Translations under genes and position numbers: made by a program
Part shown: positions 7,401 to 15,714 of the stretch, piece by piece
How the letters are laid out: each line of letters opens with the position of its first letter
Position numbering within the stretch: the first letter of the stretch is position 1
IMG/VR virus record: IMGVR_UViG_3300032607_001790
Length of the DNA stretch: 20,000 bases
Origin: an uncultured virus (IMG/VR IMGVR_UViG_3300032607_001790)
Taxonomy: Duplodnaviria > Heunggongvirae > Uroviricota > Caudoviricetes
Reading direction: 5' to 3' (one strand)
The notes under the pieces: model-generated
Seen by the model: only the letters and a program-made list of their open reading frames with translations
Told to the model about the DNA's origin: nothing
Databases searched by the model: none

Positions 7401-7474
7401 GAAGCTGGCTGATTGATGATTACCACAAAAAAGGATGCAATGGTTAATAAATTCTAATCGCAATTGTTTTCATT

Positions 7475-7496
7475 AAAAAAGGCCCCAAAGGGCCTT
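7475..7496 (-). terminator. Rho-independent terminator of the primase-helicase gene
   Basis: Minus strand AAGGCCC-TTTG-GGGCCTT plus T-run, ~22 nt after the stop. Confidence 0.8.
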
Positions 7497-7518
7497 CGTG
7501 AATTGTTTTGTTTGCTAC

Positions 7519-9480
7519 TTAAAAGAACTCTTCCACTACTTCTGTCACTTCCTTCTCTTCTATATCAGGGCCAGCCCATTCTGCTGCTTCATAATCCCAC
7601 GAATGGTAAAGCCTAGTTTTTTCTCCATTGGGACCAGTTTGAAAGCTACTGGTAACTAAGCCTTGACGGCGAGCCACTTCCAGCATCTTGCCTGCAGTAG
7701 ATAGCTCCACGCCTGCCAGCATTGACACCTCAAGCCTGGTAAAGCGCTGGTTCTTACGACGCTTCACAGCACCAACACATTGCTCCAGCTCGTTCAAAGA
7801 GCCGCTTAATGGCCCTGCATAATGCCAGCCATAGTTCAATGAATCGCGTTGCAGCATATGCTTTCCAGTGAGGCCGCTTCTGCTTTTCGTCCATTCAAAA
7901 TGGAACTGGTTTGGATCACCACAATTATCAGGACGAGTAAGCTTCACCACTTCGCTCACATTATCAACAAAGCTGCTTGAATCCCTGGTGCCACCGCTTT
8001 TGTTTAAATGGTGTAAAATGCAAATGCTAACTTTATATTTATTTGCAATATCACGAAGGCCATAAATTACATCGCCCGCATTGCTACGAACTAAATCAAC
8101 TTCCATGCCTGCAAGGCAAGCCGTTAATGAATCAATGGCAACAAATAAAGGGCGATTTTTCCTTACGTATTCTTCTAATTGATTTATGTGGCCAAAACGC
8201 CAATTCTCCCAAAAGGCAATAGTGCCTTCTTCTAATCCTGCTTCCCTATAACCAATAACGTTTAGCTTTTCGCTGGTATCAACTAATGGCTCATCCGATT
8301 GAATGATCAAGCTTTTTCCTTTCATGCATCGTCTGCCGCTCCATTCTTGCCCTAATGCAACATTTAATGCCCAGTTATAAATTAAAGTTGACTTACCCGT
8401 GCCGCCTGATGCAGCAAGCAACATTACGCTTCCTAATGGCATGATACCTGCAATCAACCATTCCCTGCATTCTTCAGAATTTGCAATGGTAAGCGCATCA
8501 ATTGTTTCAATTTCTTCACGGCCATAAATGCGATATTTTGCATCTTCAATAATTTTATCAATATTCTGTTGACTCATCTTTATGCCACGTTGCTCTAACC
8601 ATGATGTAAATTCATAAACAGTGCGGGCATCATTGGCGTAAAGCCCAACAAAATTTTCAATGGTGGCAATAATTTCTTCATAAGATGGCTTACCGTCTTG
8701 CCCTTTATGACGGCTAGTTGTAATTGAAGCTAATAAATCATCCTTATCAACACCTTCTGCAATGTAATCAGCTAGGTCTAATCCGTTGCCACTAGGAAGA
8801 TTCCGCCATTCCCATGATTTAGGATCTGCATATAACCATTGAGCACCAGGATTATCAGTTTCAATTTCACGCATAAATGCCACACCTTGCTCATCACGAT
8901 CAGGCGCAAGCACTAACTTATGCTGCTTAAATAATTGTGAATAATCACCATTAGTACGGTATTGTTTGCTGCCACCAAGGAAAGTAACTGATGGTAAACC
9001 AATACTCCACACTGCATCACAAGTAAGTTCACCTTCTACGATTACTATTGGCAATCCACTTTCTTTGCTAAATTTAATCGCTTCATTGTATTTATAAGGC
9101 AGTATCCCGGCTTTTATTTCTTGTAATTGCACCTTATGGCTGGGGAGGGTGTTGTCAATGGTTGGGAAATTTTGCCAAATGCGCTTAGTGCCGCTGGTGT
9201 CATCACGATGCACCACCACCACTTCAGTGCCCGTTTTATCGAAATAAGGAAATGAATACGATTGCGCAATACGAGGAGGCTTTTCCCATCGCACCATTGG
9301 AGCAAGTTTGTCGCGGATTTCCGCTCTGTGAGCCGGGCTCGGATCGTTGAAACAGGAGTAGGCACCATTGGTTTTATTTATCGAAAAGTCGTTGCCACCA
9401 CAGGCCGGGCAGATGAATTTGCTTTTATCCTCTTTACTGCTGGTTAGCTGGTCTAAGTGATCAAGAATCGAAAACGTCAT
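7519..9480 (-). CDS. primase-helicase (Zn-binding, TOPRIM, AAA_25/RepA-type helicase, C-terminal HTH)
   Basis: CPACGG...YSCF; VEGE...APDRDEQG; Walker A AASGGTGKST; Walker B VAIDSL; LHHLNK. Confidence 0.9.
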   Translation of the reverse strand: MTFSILDHLDQLTSSKEDKSKFICPACGGNDFSINKTNGAYSCFNDPSPAHRAEIRDKLAPMVRWEKPPRIAQSYSFPYFDKTGTEVVVVHRDDTSGTKRIWQNFPTIDNTLPSHKVQLQEIKAGILPYKYNEAIKFSKESGLPIVIVEGELTCDAVWSIGLPSVTFLGGSKQYRTNGDYSQLFKQHKLVLAPDRDEQGVAFMREIETDNPGAQWLYADPKSWEWRNLPSGNGLDLADYIAEGVDKDDLLASITTSRHKGQDGKPSYEEIIATIENFVGLYANDARTVYEFTSWLEQRGIKMSQQNIDKIIEDAKYRIYGREEIETIDALTIANSEECREWLIAGIMPLGSVMLLAASGGTGKSTLIYNWALNVALGQEWSGRRCMKGKSLIIQSDEPLVDTSEKLNVIGYREAGLEEGTIAFWENWRFGHINQLEEYVRKNRPLFVAIDSLTACLAGMEVDLVRSNAGDVIYGLRDIANKYKVSICILHHLNKSGGTRDSSSFVDNVSEVVKLTRPDNCGDPNQFHFEWTKSRSGLTGKHMLQRDSLNYGWHYAGPLSGSLNELEQCVGAVKRRKNQRFTRLEVSMLAGVELSTAGKMLEVARRQGLVTSSFQTGPNGEKTRLYHSWDYEAAEWAGPDIEEKEVTEVVEEFF

Positions 9481-9544
9481 TCGGTGCAAGGAATTGCATC
9501 CACCATCATTACAGCAATATCACCAGCTTGCAAGGCATTGTGGG

Positions 9545-9561
9545 CATAAGCAATGCTTATG
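9545..9561. promoter_or_regulatory. palindromic operator between divergent promoters
   Basis: Perfect inverted repeat CATAAGCA-A-TGCTTATG; direct repeat ATTGTGGGCAT at 9537 and 9595. Confidence 0.6.
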
Positions 9562-9621
9562 AAAGAAATAGTGGCAAGGGCTTGCTGAAGCGGTATTGTG
9601 GGCATGATCTTCGCGCTAATC

Positions 9622-9849
9622 ATGCCGAAAAGCCCTTATGACGGTGGCAAACATCGCCGCCATTTCACCTTGTCAGATCAAGCATACAATCACCTCACTG
9701 CTATTGCAAGCGATGGTGATCTATCGCGATCTGAAGCCTTAGAACGTCTCATTCGTTCCTGCCCTATTTTTGAGGGCAATGCCACGCTTTCAAATGGCGT
9801 CTGGCCGTTAATCATTGATCATTCCCTACCATCCCCCTGCCTTCCATGA
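9622..9849 (+). CDS. ribbon-helix-helix (CopG/Arc-like) regulator
   Basis: Strand RRHFTLS, helix DQAYNHLTAIA, then LSRSEALERLIR. Confidence 0.75.
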   Translation: MPKSPYDGGKHRRHFTLSDQAYNHLTAIASDGDLSRSEALERLIRSCPIFEGNATLSNGVWPLIIDHSLPSPCLP

Positions 9850-10097
9850 CAATCCACGAATTGATTACAGCTCTCACTGCCGCCACTCAAACAGTGCCTC
9901 AAGACACTGAAGTGCTACTGAGTTTTGAACCAAATGCCATGAAAGAAGGCTTTGATTGGGAACACGTTGAGACCATTTCTGACGTGAGAGTTTGCCCCCA
10001 CTGGCCCCTACCTGGTAACAGCGTAGTAATTCAAGAAACTGAAATACCATCAAAAGTTATTTTGTTTTACGACCTTTGTGATAATTGCTACGAATGA
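9846..10097 (+). CDS. hypothetical protein
   Basis: ATGA overlaps at both ends. Confidence 0.75.
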   Translation: MTIHELITALTAATQTVPQDTEVLLSFEPNAMKEGFDWEHVETISDVRVCPHWPLPGNSVVIQETEIPSKVILFYDLCDNCYE

Positions 10098-11044
10098 CTA
10101 ATTCTTCTTCTTATTTTCTTTACGATTCCAAATTCATGCAATCACCTGCTGCTGCTTCTATGTCTGATCGAATGAATGGCATCTTTTCTCCTTTAGAGAT
10201 TAGCCCTGCTGCTTTTACCACTGCTTATGAGCTTGCCATTGGCGAACACGTTGAGAAGAATTACAAAGGGCTTTCGTACCTTTCGTGGCCGTTTGCTTTT
10301 CGTTACCTCAAAGAACAGTTCCCTACGCTGTTTGTAGCATTTGAAGAAATCACAATGGGATGGCCAGTATTTGGTCAAACTGGCTGCTGGTTATTGCGTC
10401 CATATCTAACTGATGGATGCCGTCGTACTCCAGCGTTGGTATTTCCCATTATGGACAACAGACATAATGCAGTGAAAGAACTTGATGCTCGTCAAGTAAG
10501 CGACAATATCCAACGAGCAAGCGTTAAATGTATTGCAACTTTTACTGGTTTAGGGCTCAAGCTTTATTCTGGTGAAGATATCCCCACGAGTGATGAAAAA
10601 GAACCTGCCAAACTCCCGCTGCAACAGGAAAGCACGAAGTCTGCTGCGAGGCCAGACACGACGCAAGCACCAGCTACGGAAGCTGCTGCAACACCTGGAG
10701 CAACAGGGATTCCTGCCGCCAGTGGTAGTGAATTTAATGGCAAGGAAGCACTTCTTGGATTCTGTAAGGCCAACCCTTTCGATTATCCACAAGAACGCAA
10801 CAGCATGATGGCTGGCAAAAAAGCGCTTGAAAACTTGGGACTATCAAAAGGTGATGATATTAAAGATGTAGAGATGTTTGGTAATGTTGTTACTACTATG
10901 GTTACAGAATGGATTAAAGAAAAAGAAATAAAGATATCAAAAGCTGCAATGGTTACTGAAATCAAAGCGCTTCGTGAAGCATGTTCTGTATCAACAGAGC
11001 AAGCATTAAAGGAGGTGGAGGCGTTTGTTGCGGGAAAGCAATAA
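10094..11044 (+). CDS. sak: Sak/DUF1071 ssDNA annealing protein
   Basis: VEK..KGLSYLSW..A...PIMDNRHNAV...QRASVKCIA..GLGLKLYSGEDIP; Ala/Pro/Thr linker and helical C-terminal domain. Confidence 0.85.
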   Translation: MTNSSSYFLYDSKFMQSPAAASMSDRMNGIFSPLEISPAAFTTAYELAIGEHVEKNYKGLSYLSWPFAFRYLKEQFPTLFVAFEEITMGWPVFGQTGCWLLRPYLTDGCRRTPALVFPIMDNRHNAVKELDARQVSDNIQRASVKCIATFTGLGLKLYSGEDIPTSDEKEPAKLPLQQESTKSAARPDTTQAPATEAAATPGATGIPAASGSEFNGKEALLGFCKANPFDYPQERNSMMAGKKALENLGLSKGDDIKDVEMFGNVVTTMVTEWIKEKEIKISKAAMVTEIKALREACSVSTEQALKEVEAFVAGKQ

Positions 11045-11133
11045 ATCTAGTGGTGGCCCGTTTTTCGCGGGCCTTTACTGGAGCTTATGCCTTAAATGAT
11101 GATGGTTCCCTTCTTTCCCTTGAAACATTATGA
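11017..11133 (+). other. putative -1 programmed ribosomal frameshift signal and extension frame
   Basis: GGAGG 11017-11021; G GGA AAG 11032-11038; stem-loop 11046-11082; -1 frame open to TGA 11131-11133. Confidence 0.65.
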
Positions 11134-11387
11134 CAAGAGCTGAACTTCAACGAATGATCAAAAGGCTAAACGAAGCAAGTGTATCTTGTTTTGAATGTGG
11201 AGCTAAATACGGCATATATAGTGTTGGATGTTCATCAGTATGGCAAGGTAAATGTCATATTTGTGGCCGCACAACAGGAATTACTGAAGCAAGAGATTTT
11301 GCTTATTTTGTAACTGGTTTACGGCAATTACATTTACAATTAGCAGCTATTCCTAAAGATAAAAAAAAGGTTCCGTTTAATGAATAA
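11130..11387 (+). CDS. small zinc-finger hypothetical protein
   Basis: CFEC...CHIC; TEARDFAY. Confidence 0.75.
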   Translation: MTRAELQRMIKRLNEASVSCFECGAKYGIYSVGCSSVWQGKCHICGRTTGITEARDFAYFVTGLRQLHLQLAAIPKDKKKVPFNE

Positions 11388-12147
11388 TATGCTTGCTCGT
11401 TATGAGCCCAACCGCATTTCTCTTAATGGCAAAAGGCACTACCAGATCAGCCAGTTCCCGAATGTTCCAGAAGGTATGCTGCTGCCTTCTGTCACCACTG
11501 TGCTGTCTTCCATGGCACCAGTTGGCAAGATCATGGCCTTGATTAACTGGCGGAAGCGAGTGGGAAATGAAGAGGCAAATCGTCGCACCAGGCTTGCTGC
11601 TGATCGTGGCACCTGGATGCATGGTGTAATAGAAGATTTATTCAATGGCGAAGATATTGAACATCATTTGGAACGCAAGCCAGAATGGCAGCCATATTTC
11701 AATGCCATTGAACCCTTCCTTGAATTAATTGACAAGCCATTATTAGCTGAAAGCGCAGTGGCCTGGTGGAACGAAGAAGAGAAAATGGGCTACTCTGGAA
11801 CGTTGGACCAATTGGCCCTAATGGCAGACGGCTCTATTGCATTGATGGATTGGAAAACCAGTTATAAGATTAAACCAGATTATCAACTTGCAGATTACAA
11901 AAAACAATTAGGCGCGTATAGCTTGGCTGCCGAATCAATGTATGGCATCGATGTTGAAGCTGCATATTGCGTGATCAGCGTATACGACCCTGAAGAATCT
12001 AGTAGAGAAGCGGAACTACAAATATTGCATATGGATGGCTTTGAGCTGGTGCAGCAGCAGTCCGTTATGCAGGACACTCTTAAGAGATATTTCAACCAGT
12101 TCTACCCAGGCGGAAAAGCATTTGCATTAACCATGGATAAGGGGTAA
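11380..12147 (+). CDS. PD-(D/E)XK exonuclease (RecB/lambda-exo-like)
   Basis: LPSVTTVLS, RGTWMH, YSGTLD, DWKTS, QLGAY. Confidence 0.9.
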   Translation: MNNMLARYEPNRISLNGKRHYQISQFPNVPEGMLLPSVTTVLSSMAPVGKIMALINWRKRVGNEEANRRTRLAADRGTWMHGVIEDLFNGEDIEHHLERKPEWQPYFNAIEPFLELIDKPLLAESAVAWWNEEEKMGYSGTLDQLALMADGSIALMDWKTSYKIKPDYQLADYKKQLGAYSLAAESMYGIDVEAAYCVISVYDPEESSREAELQILHMDGFELVQQQSVMQDTLKRYFNQFYPGGKAFALTMDKG

Positions 12148-12150
12148 GAT
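12122..12150 (+). promoter_or_regulatory. internal sigma70 promoter for the ssb-like gene
   Basis: TTGCAT, 17 nt spacer, TAAGAT; followed by a GAGCCCT/AGGGCTC hairpin and a GGAG RBS. Confidence 0.6.
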
Positions 12151-12196
12151 AAGCGAGCCCTAAACAAGGGCTCCATTACTCCCCGGAGAAACACTC

Positions 12197-12445
12197 ATGG
12201 CTAACAGGCCCCCAATCACCGCTGCAATCGACCTAACTCCTGAAGTGCTTAATGCATTGAAGAAAGCTGGTCCCAATGAGCGCGGTAACTATTCGCTTGA
12301 TATGGCCGTATGGGTGAACGAAAAGCGCACTTCTGACAAAGCCCCCAACTTGACGGGCAGTGTCAAAGTTAAAGGCGATAAAGATGGCCCTAAAGGCTAT
12401 GCCAGTGTGTGGCAAAATGACGTTGAAACCAACGACGTTTTCTAA
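12197..12445 (+). CDS. small ssDNA-binding protein (DUF736-like)
   Basis: AVW.NEKRTSDKAPNLTGSVKV; acidic-aromatic tail NDVF; recombination-module context. Confidence 0.65.
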   Translation: MANRPPITAAIDLTPEVLNALKKAGPNERGNYSLDMAVWVNEKRTSDKAPNLTGSVKVKGDKDGPKGYASVWQNDVETNDVF

Positions 12446-12448
12446 ACC

Positions 12449-12628
12449 ATGAAGACTACTGCCATCGTTTTAGTTATCATTATTTTTGCTGGCTTAAGCG
12501 CGGTGGTAGCTTGTTTAGCCGCTTGGGCATTGACTGCCATCTGGCCGTCTTTGCCCTTTTGGCCTGTTGCTACTCTGGCTTGGCTTACTGCTGGTGTTTT
12601 TAGTCGTTCCTCTGCATCTTCATCATGA
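12449..12628 (+). CDS. 59-aa membrane protein (MKTTAIVLVIIIFAGLSAVVACLAAWALTAIWPSLPFWPV...)
   Basis: Translated by hand; two hydrophobic segments; ATGA overlap with dcd. Confidence 0.75.
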   Translation: MKTTAIVLVIIIFAGLSAVVACLAAWALTAIWPSLPFWPVATLAWLTAGVFSRSSASSS

Positions 12629-13224
12629 CCCTGCTTAATGATAAACAAATCAGCCAATTAGCTGAAAATGACATCTTTCTGCCATTCATTGGCGAAAAAC
12701 GACGCACCCTTGACAATGGCACAAAAGCAATTTCTTACGGTTTATCACAATCAGGTTATGACATCCGATTGTCTTCTGTTGAATTTTTAGTTTATGAACC
12801 TGAATTTACAACAGAAAATTTTTTTGATGGTCCAATAGTTGATCCCAAAAACTATCAAGCTAATGTTATTGTTGCAACTTTAGAAGAGCAAGAAGATGGC
12901 TCATGTTATTTCATTCTTCCTCCTAATACTTATGCATTAGGTACAAGTCTTGAATTAATATCAATGCCCAATAATGTATTTGCTTTATGTGAAGGAAAAT
13001 CTACTTATGGTCGCTGTGGTCTTATTGCTAATATTCTTCCCATTGAACCTGGGTGGATTGGCCATTTAACAATGTGCCTAATAAATCCCACAGAAACTCC
13101 TATCCGTGTTTATGCAAATGAAGGGATTGCTCAACTTGTGCTTTTTGGCATTGATGAAACCAGCAAACCATATGAAGGCATTTACCAGAAGCAATCGTCT
13201 AGGGTACAATTCGCTGCAGTTTAA
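12625..13224 (+). CDS. dcd: dCTP deaminase / trimeric dUTPase family protein
   Basis: ISYGLSQSGYDIRL, GKSTYGRCGL, IEPGW.G.LT, YANEGIAQLVLF; catalytic Glu appears replaced by Cys. Confidence 0.85.
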   Translation: MTLLNDKQISQLAENDIFLPFIGEKRRTLDNGTKAISYGLSQSGYDIRLSSVEFLVYEPEFTTENFFDGPIVDPKNYQANVIVATLEEQEDGSCYFILPPNTYALGTSLELISMPNNVFALCEGKSTYGRCGLIANILPIEPGWIGHLTMCLINPTETPIRVYANEGIAQLVLFGIDETSKPYEGIYQKQSSRVQFAAV

Positions 13225-13227
13225 CCA

Positions 13228-13593
13228 TTGAGCGCTCTTGAAGATCAGTTCCTTAGCCTTTGGCAAGCACGATTTCCTAAGTTAATTCTTGAAAGAGAAT
13301 TTTCTGATATTCCAGCATGGGAAGCTGATTATCAAAAGCGCTATTCCAAAAGTAAACGTTCAAAAAGGTATCGTCTTGACTTTGCTCACTCCAACAGTTG
13401 CACTGGTATCGAAATCCAAGGTGGCGTTTACATTCGTGGCCGTCATGTCACTGGCAGCGGTTATGAGCGTGATTGTTGCAAATATAATCTCGCGTACACA
13501 AGCAACTGGACGATCTTCCTCTTGACTAGCCAAATGGCCAAGGAAGCTTCATGGCTGTCATTGATTGCCGCTCACATTGCATCTGCTCGATAG
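13228..13593 (+). CDS. Vsr/DUF559-like PD-(D/E)XK endonuclease
   Basis: YRLDFAH...IEIQGG...GRH...GYERDC.KYN.A. Confidence 0.8.
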   Translation: MSALEDQFLSLWQARFPKLILEREFSDIPAWEADYQKRYSKSKRSKRYRLDFAHSNSCTGIEIQGGVYIRGRHVTGSGYERDCCKYNLAYTSNWTIFLLTSQMAKEASWLSLIAAHIASAR

Positions 13594-13897
13594 TATTACC
13601 AGCTTGAATCATTAATTCTTCTGCCGCTTTCAGATCTCTATCGCGACCATCTAAAGCTTGACGAAGTTCAATATTTTCTAGCATTATGCTTTGAAAAGCT
13701 GTTTGCATTGAACACCACCCCTGCAATAAATTCAAAGCTACAGGCTTGAGCTGGTTGATGTCTGAACAATCATGAATGGCGCGTTTATTTACCGTTAAAG
13801 CAAATTCACGTTCTGCAGAATGTTGGAATGGCCCCATGTTCGCAATATATTTCCGTCCATTGTAATTCATTTCTACTGGGATACTGTATGAAGCCAT
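13526..13897 (-). CDS. hypothetical protein with possible NblA-like helical hairpin and coiled coil
   Basis: 123-aa ORF; SAEREFAL...IHDCSDINQL...LL. Confidence 0.6.
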   Translation of the reverse strand: MASYSIPVEMNYNGRKYIANMGPFQHSAEREFALTVNKRAIHDCSDINQLKPVALNLLQGWCSMQTAFQSIMLENIELRQALDGRDRDLKAAEELMIQAGNTIEQMQCERQSMTAMKLPWPFG

Positions 13898-14249
13898 GGC
13901 AAAACGCTTTTCTTTTGTTACTAGGCTACAACTAACCGATGGGCGTAAGCAATTTGTACGGGCCGTGGAGAATGGCGAAAAAGCCGAAATTATGCATCCG
14001 GTTTCCCGCCGTTATGCTCTCGCCAGGCTTCCTGAAGGCTATGAATGGACGATAGGAGAGCGAGTGGTGCTAATTGCTTATACGGCTGCTGGTCCAGTTC
14101 CCACTGCAATATACGGACTATTCGCAGGGTTGACGAAAGGAAGCAATGGAAGGAAAGCAGCAATTATTGAATGGGATGAAAAGCAAGGCTTGATTTCTGA
14201 TATAGTTGCGATGCAACGTATCCGCCCCGTTTCTTGCATTCCCAGATGA
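13896..14249 (+). CDS. hypothetical protein (true start may be GTG 13965 or ATG 13992)
   Basis: ATGA overlap with the next gene; beta-rich C-terminal half. Confidence 0.65.
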   Translation: MAKRFSFVTRLQLTDGRKQFVRAVENGEKAEIMHPVSRRYALARLPEGYEWTIGERVVLIAYTAAGPVPTAIYGLFAGLTKGSNGRKAAIIEWDEKQGLISDIVAMQRIRPVSCIPR

Positions 14250-14461
14250 CCAGTTCTCAGTTAGAAACTTTTGCTGCGGCGGCTGGAGCTGCTGCTGCTC
14301 TTATTGCTATTGAGCTGGGCCTTGCGAGCTTAAGGGCTTGGCTTTTAAGTTTAGCAGTGGCATTGTTTGCGCCTGCCATTGTTCTTACTTTTTGGCAATG
14401 GCTTTTGGTCGTAGCGACCATTCGCTTCCTACTTATTGATCTTAATTCTTCTAAAAAATGA
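14246..14461 (+). CDS. small two-TM membrane protein
   Basis: Hydrophobic segments; ATGA overlaps at both ends. Confidence 0.7.
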   Translation: MTSSQLETFAAAAGAAAALIAIELGLASLRAWLLSLAVALFAPAIVLTFWQWLLVVATIRFLLIDLNSSKK

Positions 14462-14697
14462 CTTACGCTCCTTCGCTTTCTAGCCTCTTAGATGATGTTG
14501 CCATGTGTGCCATGGTACAGCTCATCCATTCGTATGAACCAGACGAAAGCTCAGGCGAAGAATACCCCACGGAGAAATGGTGCGAAGATATTGCTCGCAC
14601 CTCCTACTACATGGCTGCGGCCATGATGGAGGCTCGTTCTTCTTTTCATACTTTTCTTCTTGAAGGTAACAATGGGGAAAAGGAAGTTGAAGCTTGA
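14458..14697 (+). CDS. phage hypothetical protein
   Basis: D.AM.AM..L...IARTSY.MA.AMMEAR pattern. Confidence 0.75.
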   Translation: MTYAPSLSSLLDDVAMCAMVQLIHSYEPDESSGEEYPTEKWCEDIARTSYYMAAAMMEARSSFHTFLLEGNNGEKEVEA

Positions 14698-15388
14698 TCC
14701 TCTTAACGATGGCAAAAGTTCTTTATGTTTAGTTGATTCAATGGGAAATAGCTTGTCTGTGGTTAATGATGCTCGGCAATCTTTTGATTCCGAAAGTATT
14801 GAATGGACAGAACGTGATGGTAAGCTGTTGCGTTATTTGGCAAAACATAACCATACTTCTCCTTTTCGTGGAGTGGTATTTAAATGGGCAATTAAAGCAC
14901 CATTATTTGTCGCAAGGCAATGGTGGAAACATACAGTGGCATCTACTTATGTTGATGATCAATTGGGCTGGAACGAAAAAAGCTTTCGTTATTGCACAGC
15001 AGAAGAAGCTGAATTTTATGTGCCATGGGAATTTGCTAGGCAAAGCGAAAGCAATCGCCAAGCTTCTGCAGGCCCACTAGATAGCAAAAACCAGCAGTTG
15101 GCGCTTAGGCAATATATCGTTGCCTTGGAGTCGTCTAAGCAAGCCTATGAAGCATTGTTATTGATTGGTGTGAGCAAAGAGCAAGCCAGAGCAATCCTGC
15201 CCGCTGCGCTGTATACCAGTTTCGTTTGGACCTGTAGTTTACATGCACTATTCCATTTCATTTCATTACGAAAAGGCCATGGTGCTCAAGGTGAAATCAT
15301 GGCTTACGCTGAAGCATTATTAACGCTTGGCTGTCAAGTTGCTCCTGAAGCCTTTGATGCCTTTGCTGAAAACAACTATCAATTTTAA
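14672..15388 (+). CDS. thyX: FAD-dependent thymidylate synthase ThyX (start uncertain)
   Basis: VVNDARQSF, H.SPF, APLFVARQWWKH, WNEKSFRY, EQARAILP, SLHALFHFISLR...AQ.EI. Confidence 0.93.
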   Translation: MGKRKLKLDPLNDGKSSLCLVDSMGNSLSVVNDARQSFDSESIEWTERDGKLLRYLAKHNHTSPFRGVVFKWAIKAPLFVARQWWKHTVASTYVDDQLGWNEKSFRYCTAEEAEFYVPWEFARQSESNRQASAGPLDSKNQQLALRQYIVALESSKQAYEALLLIGVSKEQARAILPAALYTSFVWTCSLHALFHFISLRKGHGAQGEIMAYAEALLTLGCQVAPEAFDAFAENNYQF

Positions 15389-15390
15389 TC

Positions 15391-15714
15391 ATGAACGATC
15401 CCGTGAATTCACCATCGCATTATACCACTGGTCGAATCGAATGTATAGATACAATTGAAGCTTCGATGACTCCGCAAGGATTCAAAGGATTCCTTAAAGG
15501 TAATTGCATTAAATATTTACATCGTTACGAAAATAAAAATGGCAAAGAAGATTTATTAAAATGCCAATGGTATCTAGAGCAATTGTTAACTTATCTTGAT
15601 CGTGAAGATAGCTTCAGGAGATCAATTGAAGAAGCTGCAAGTATTGTTTTAAATGCTCCTGCTGATCCTGATAGTTACATGGTGCGTCATGGCCCATCAG
15701 AACGTTTATCTTGA
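15391..15714 (+). CDS. DUF3310 (SaV/T7 gp1.7-like) protein
   Basis: DPVNSPSHY..G.IECID.I...GFLKGNCIKYLHRY..KNG.EDL.K..WYL. Confidence 0.88.
   Translation: MNDPVNSPSHYTTGRIECIDTIEASMTPQGFKGFLKGNCIKYLHRYENKNGKEDLLKCQWYLEQLLTYLDREDSFRRSIEEAASIVLNAPADPDSYMVRHGPSERLS

Noticed and set aside
11363..11369. A AAA AAG slippery heptamer at the end of the Zn-finger gene
   Set aside because: The -1 frame reaches TAA after three codons, the exonuclease is in the +1 frame, and there is no clear stimulatory hairpin
12442..12657. 71-aa minus-strand ORF
   Set aside because: Antisense to the 59-aa membrane protein that fits the operon
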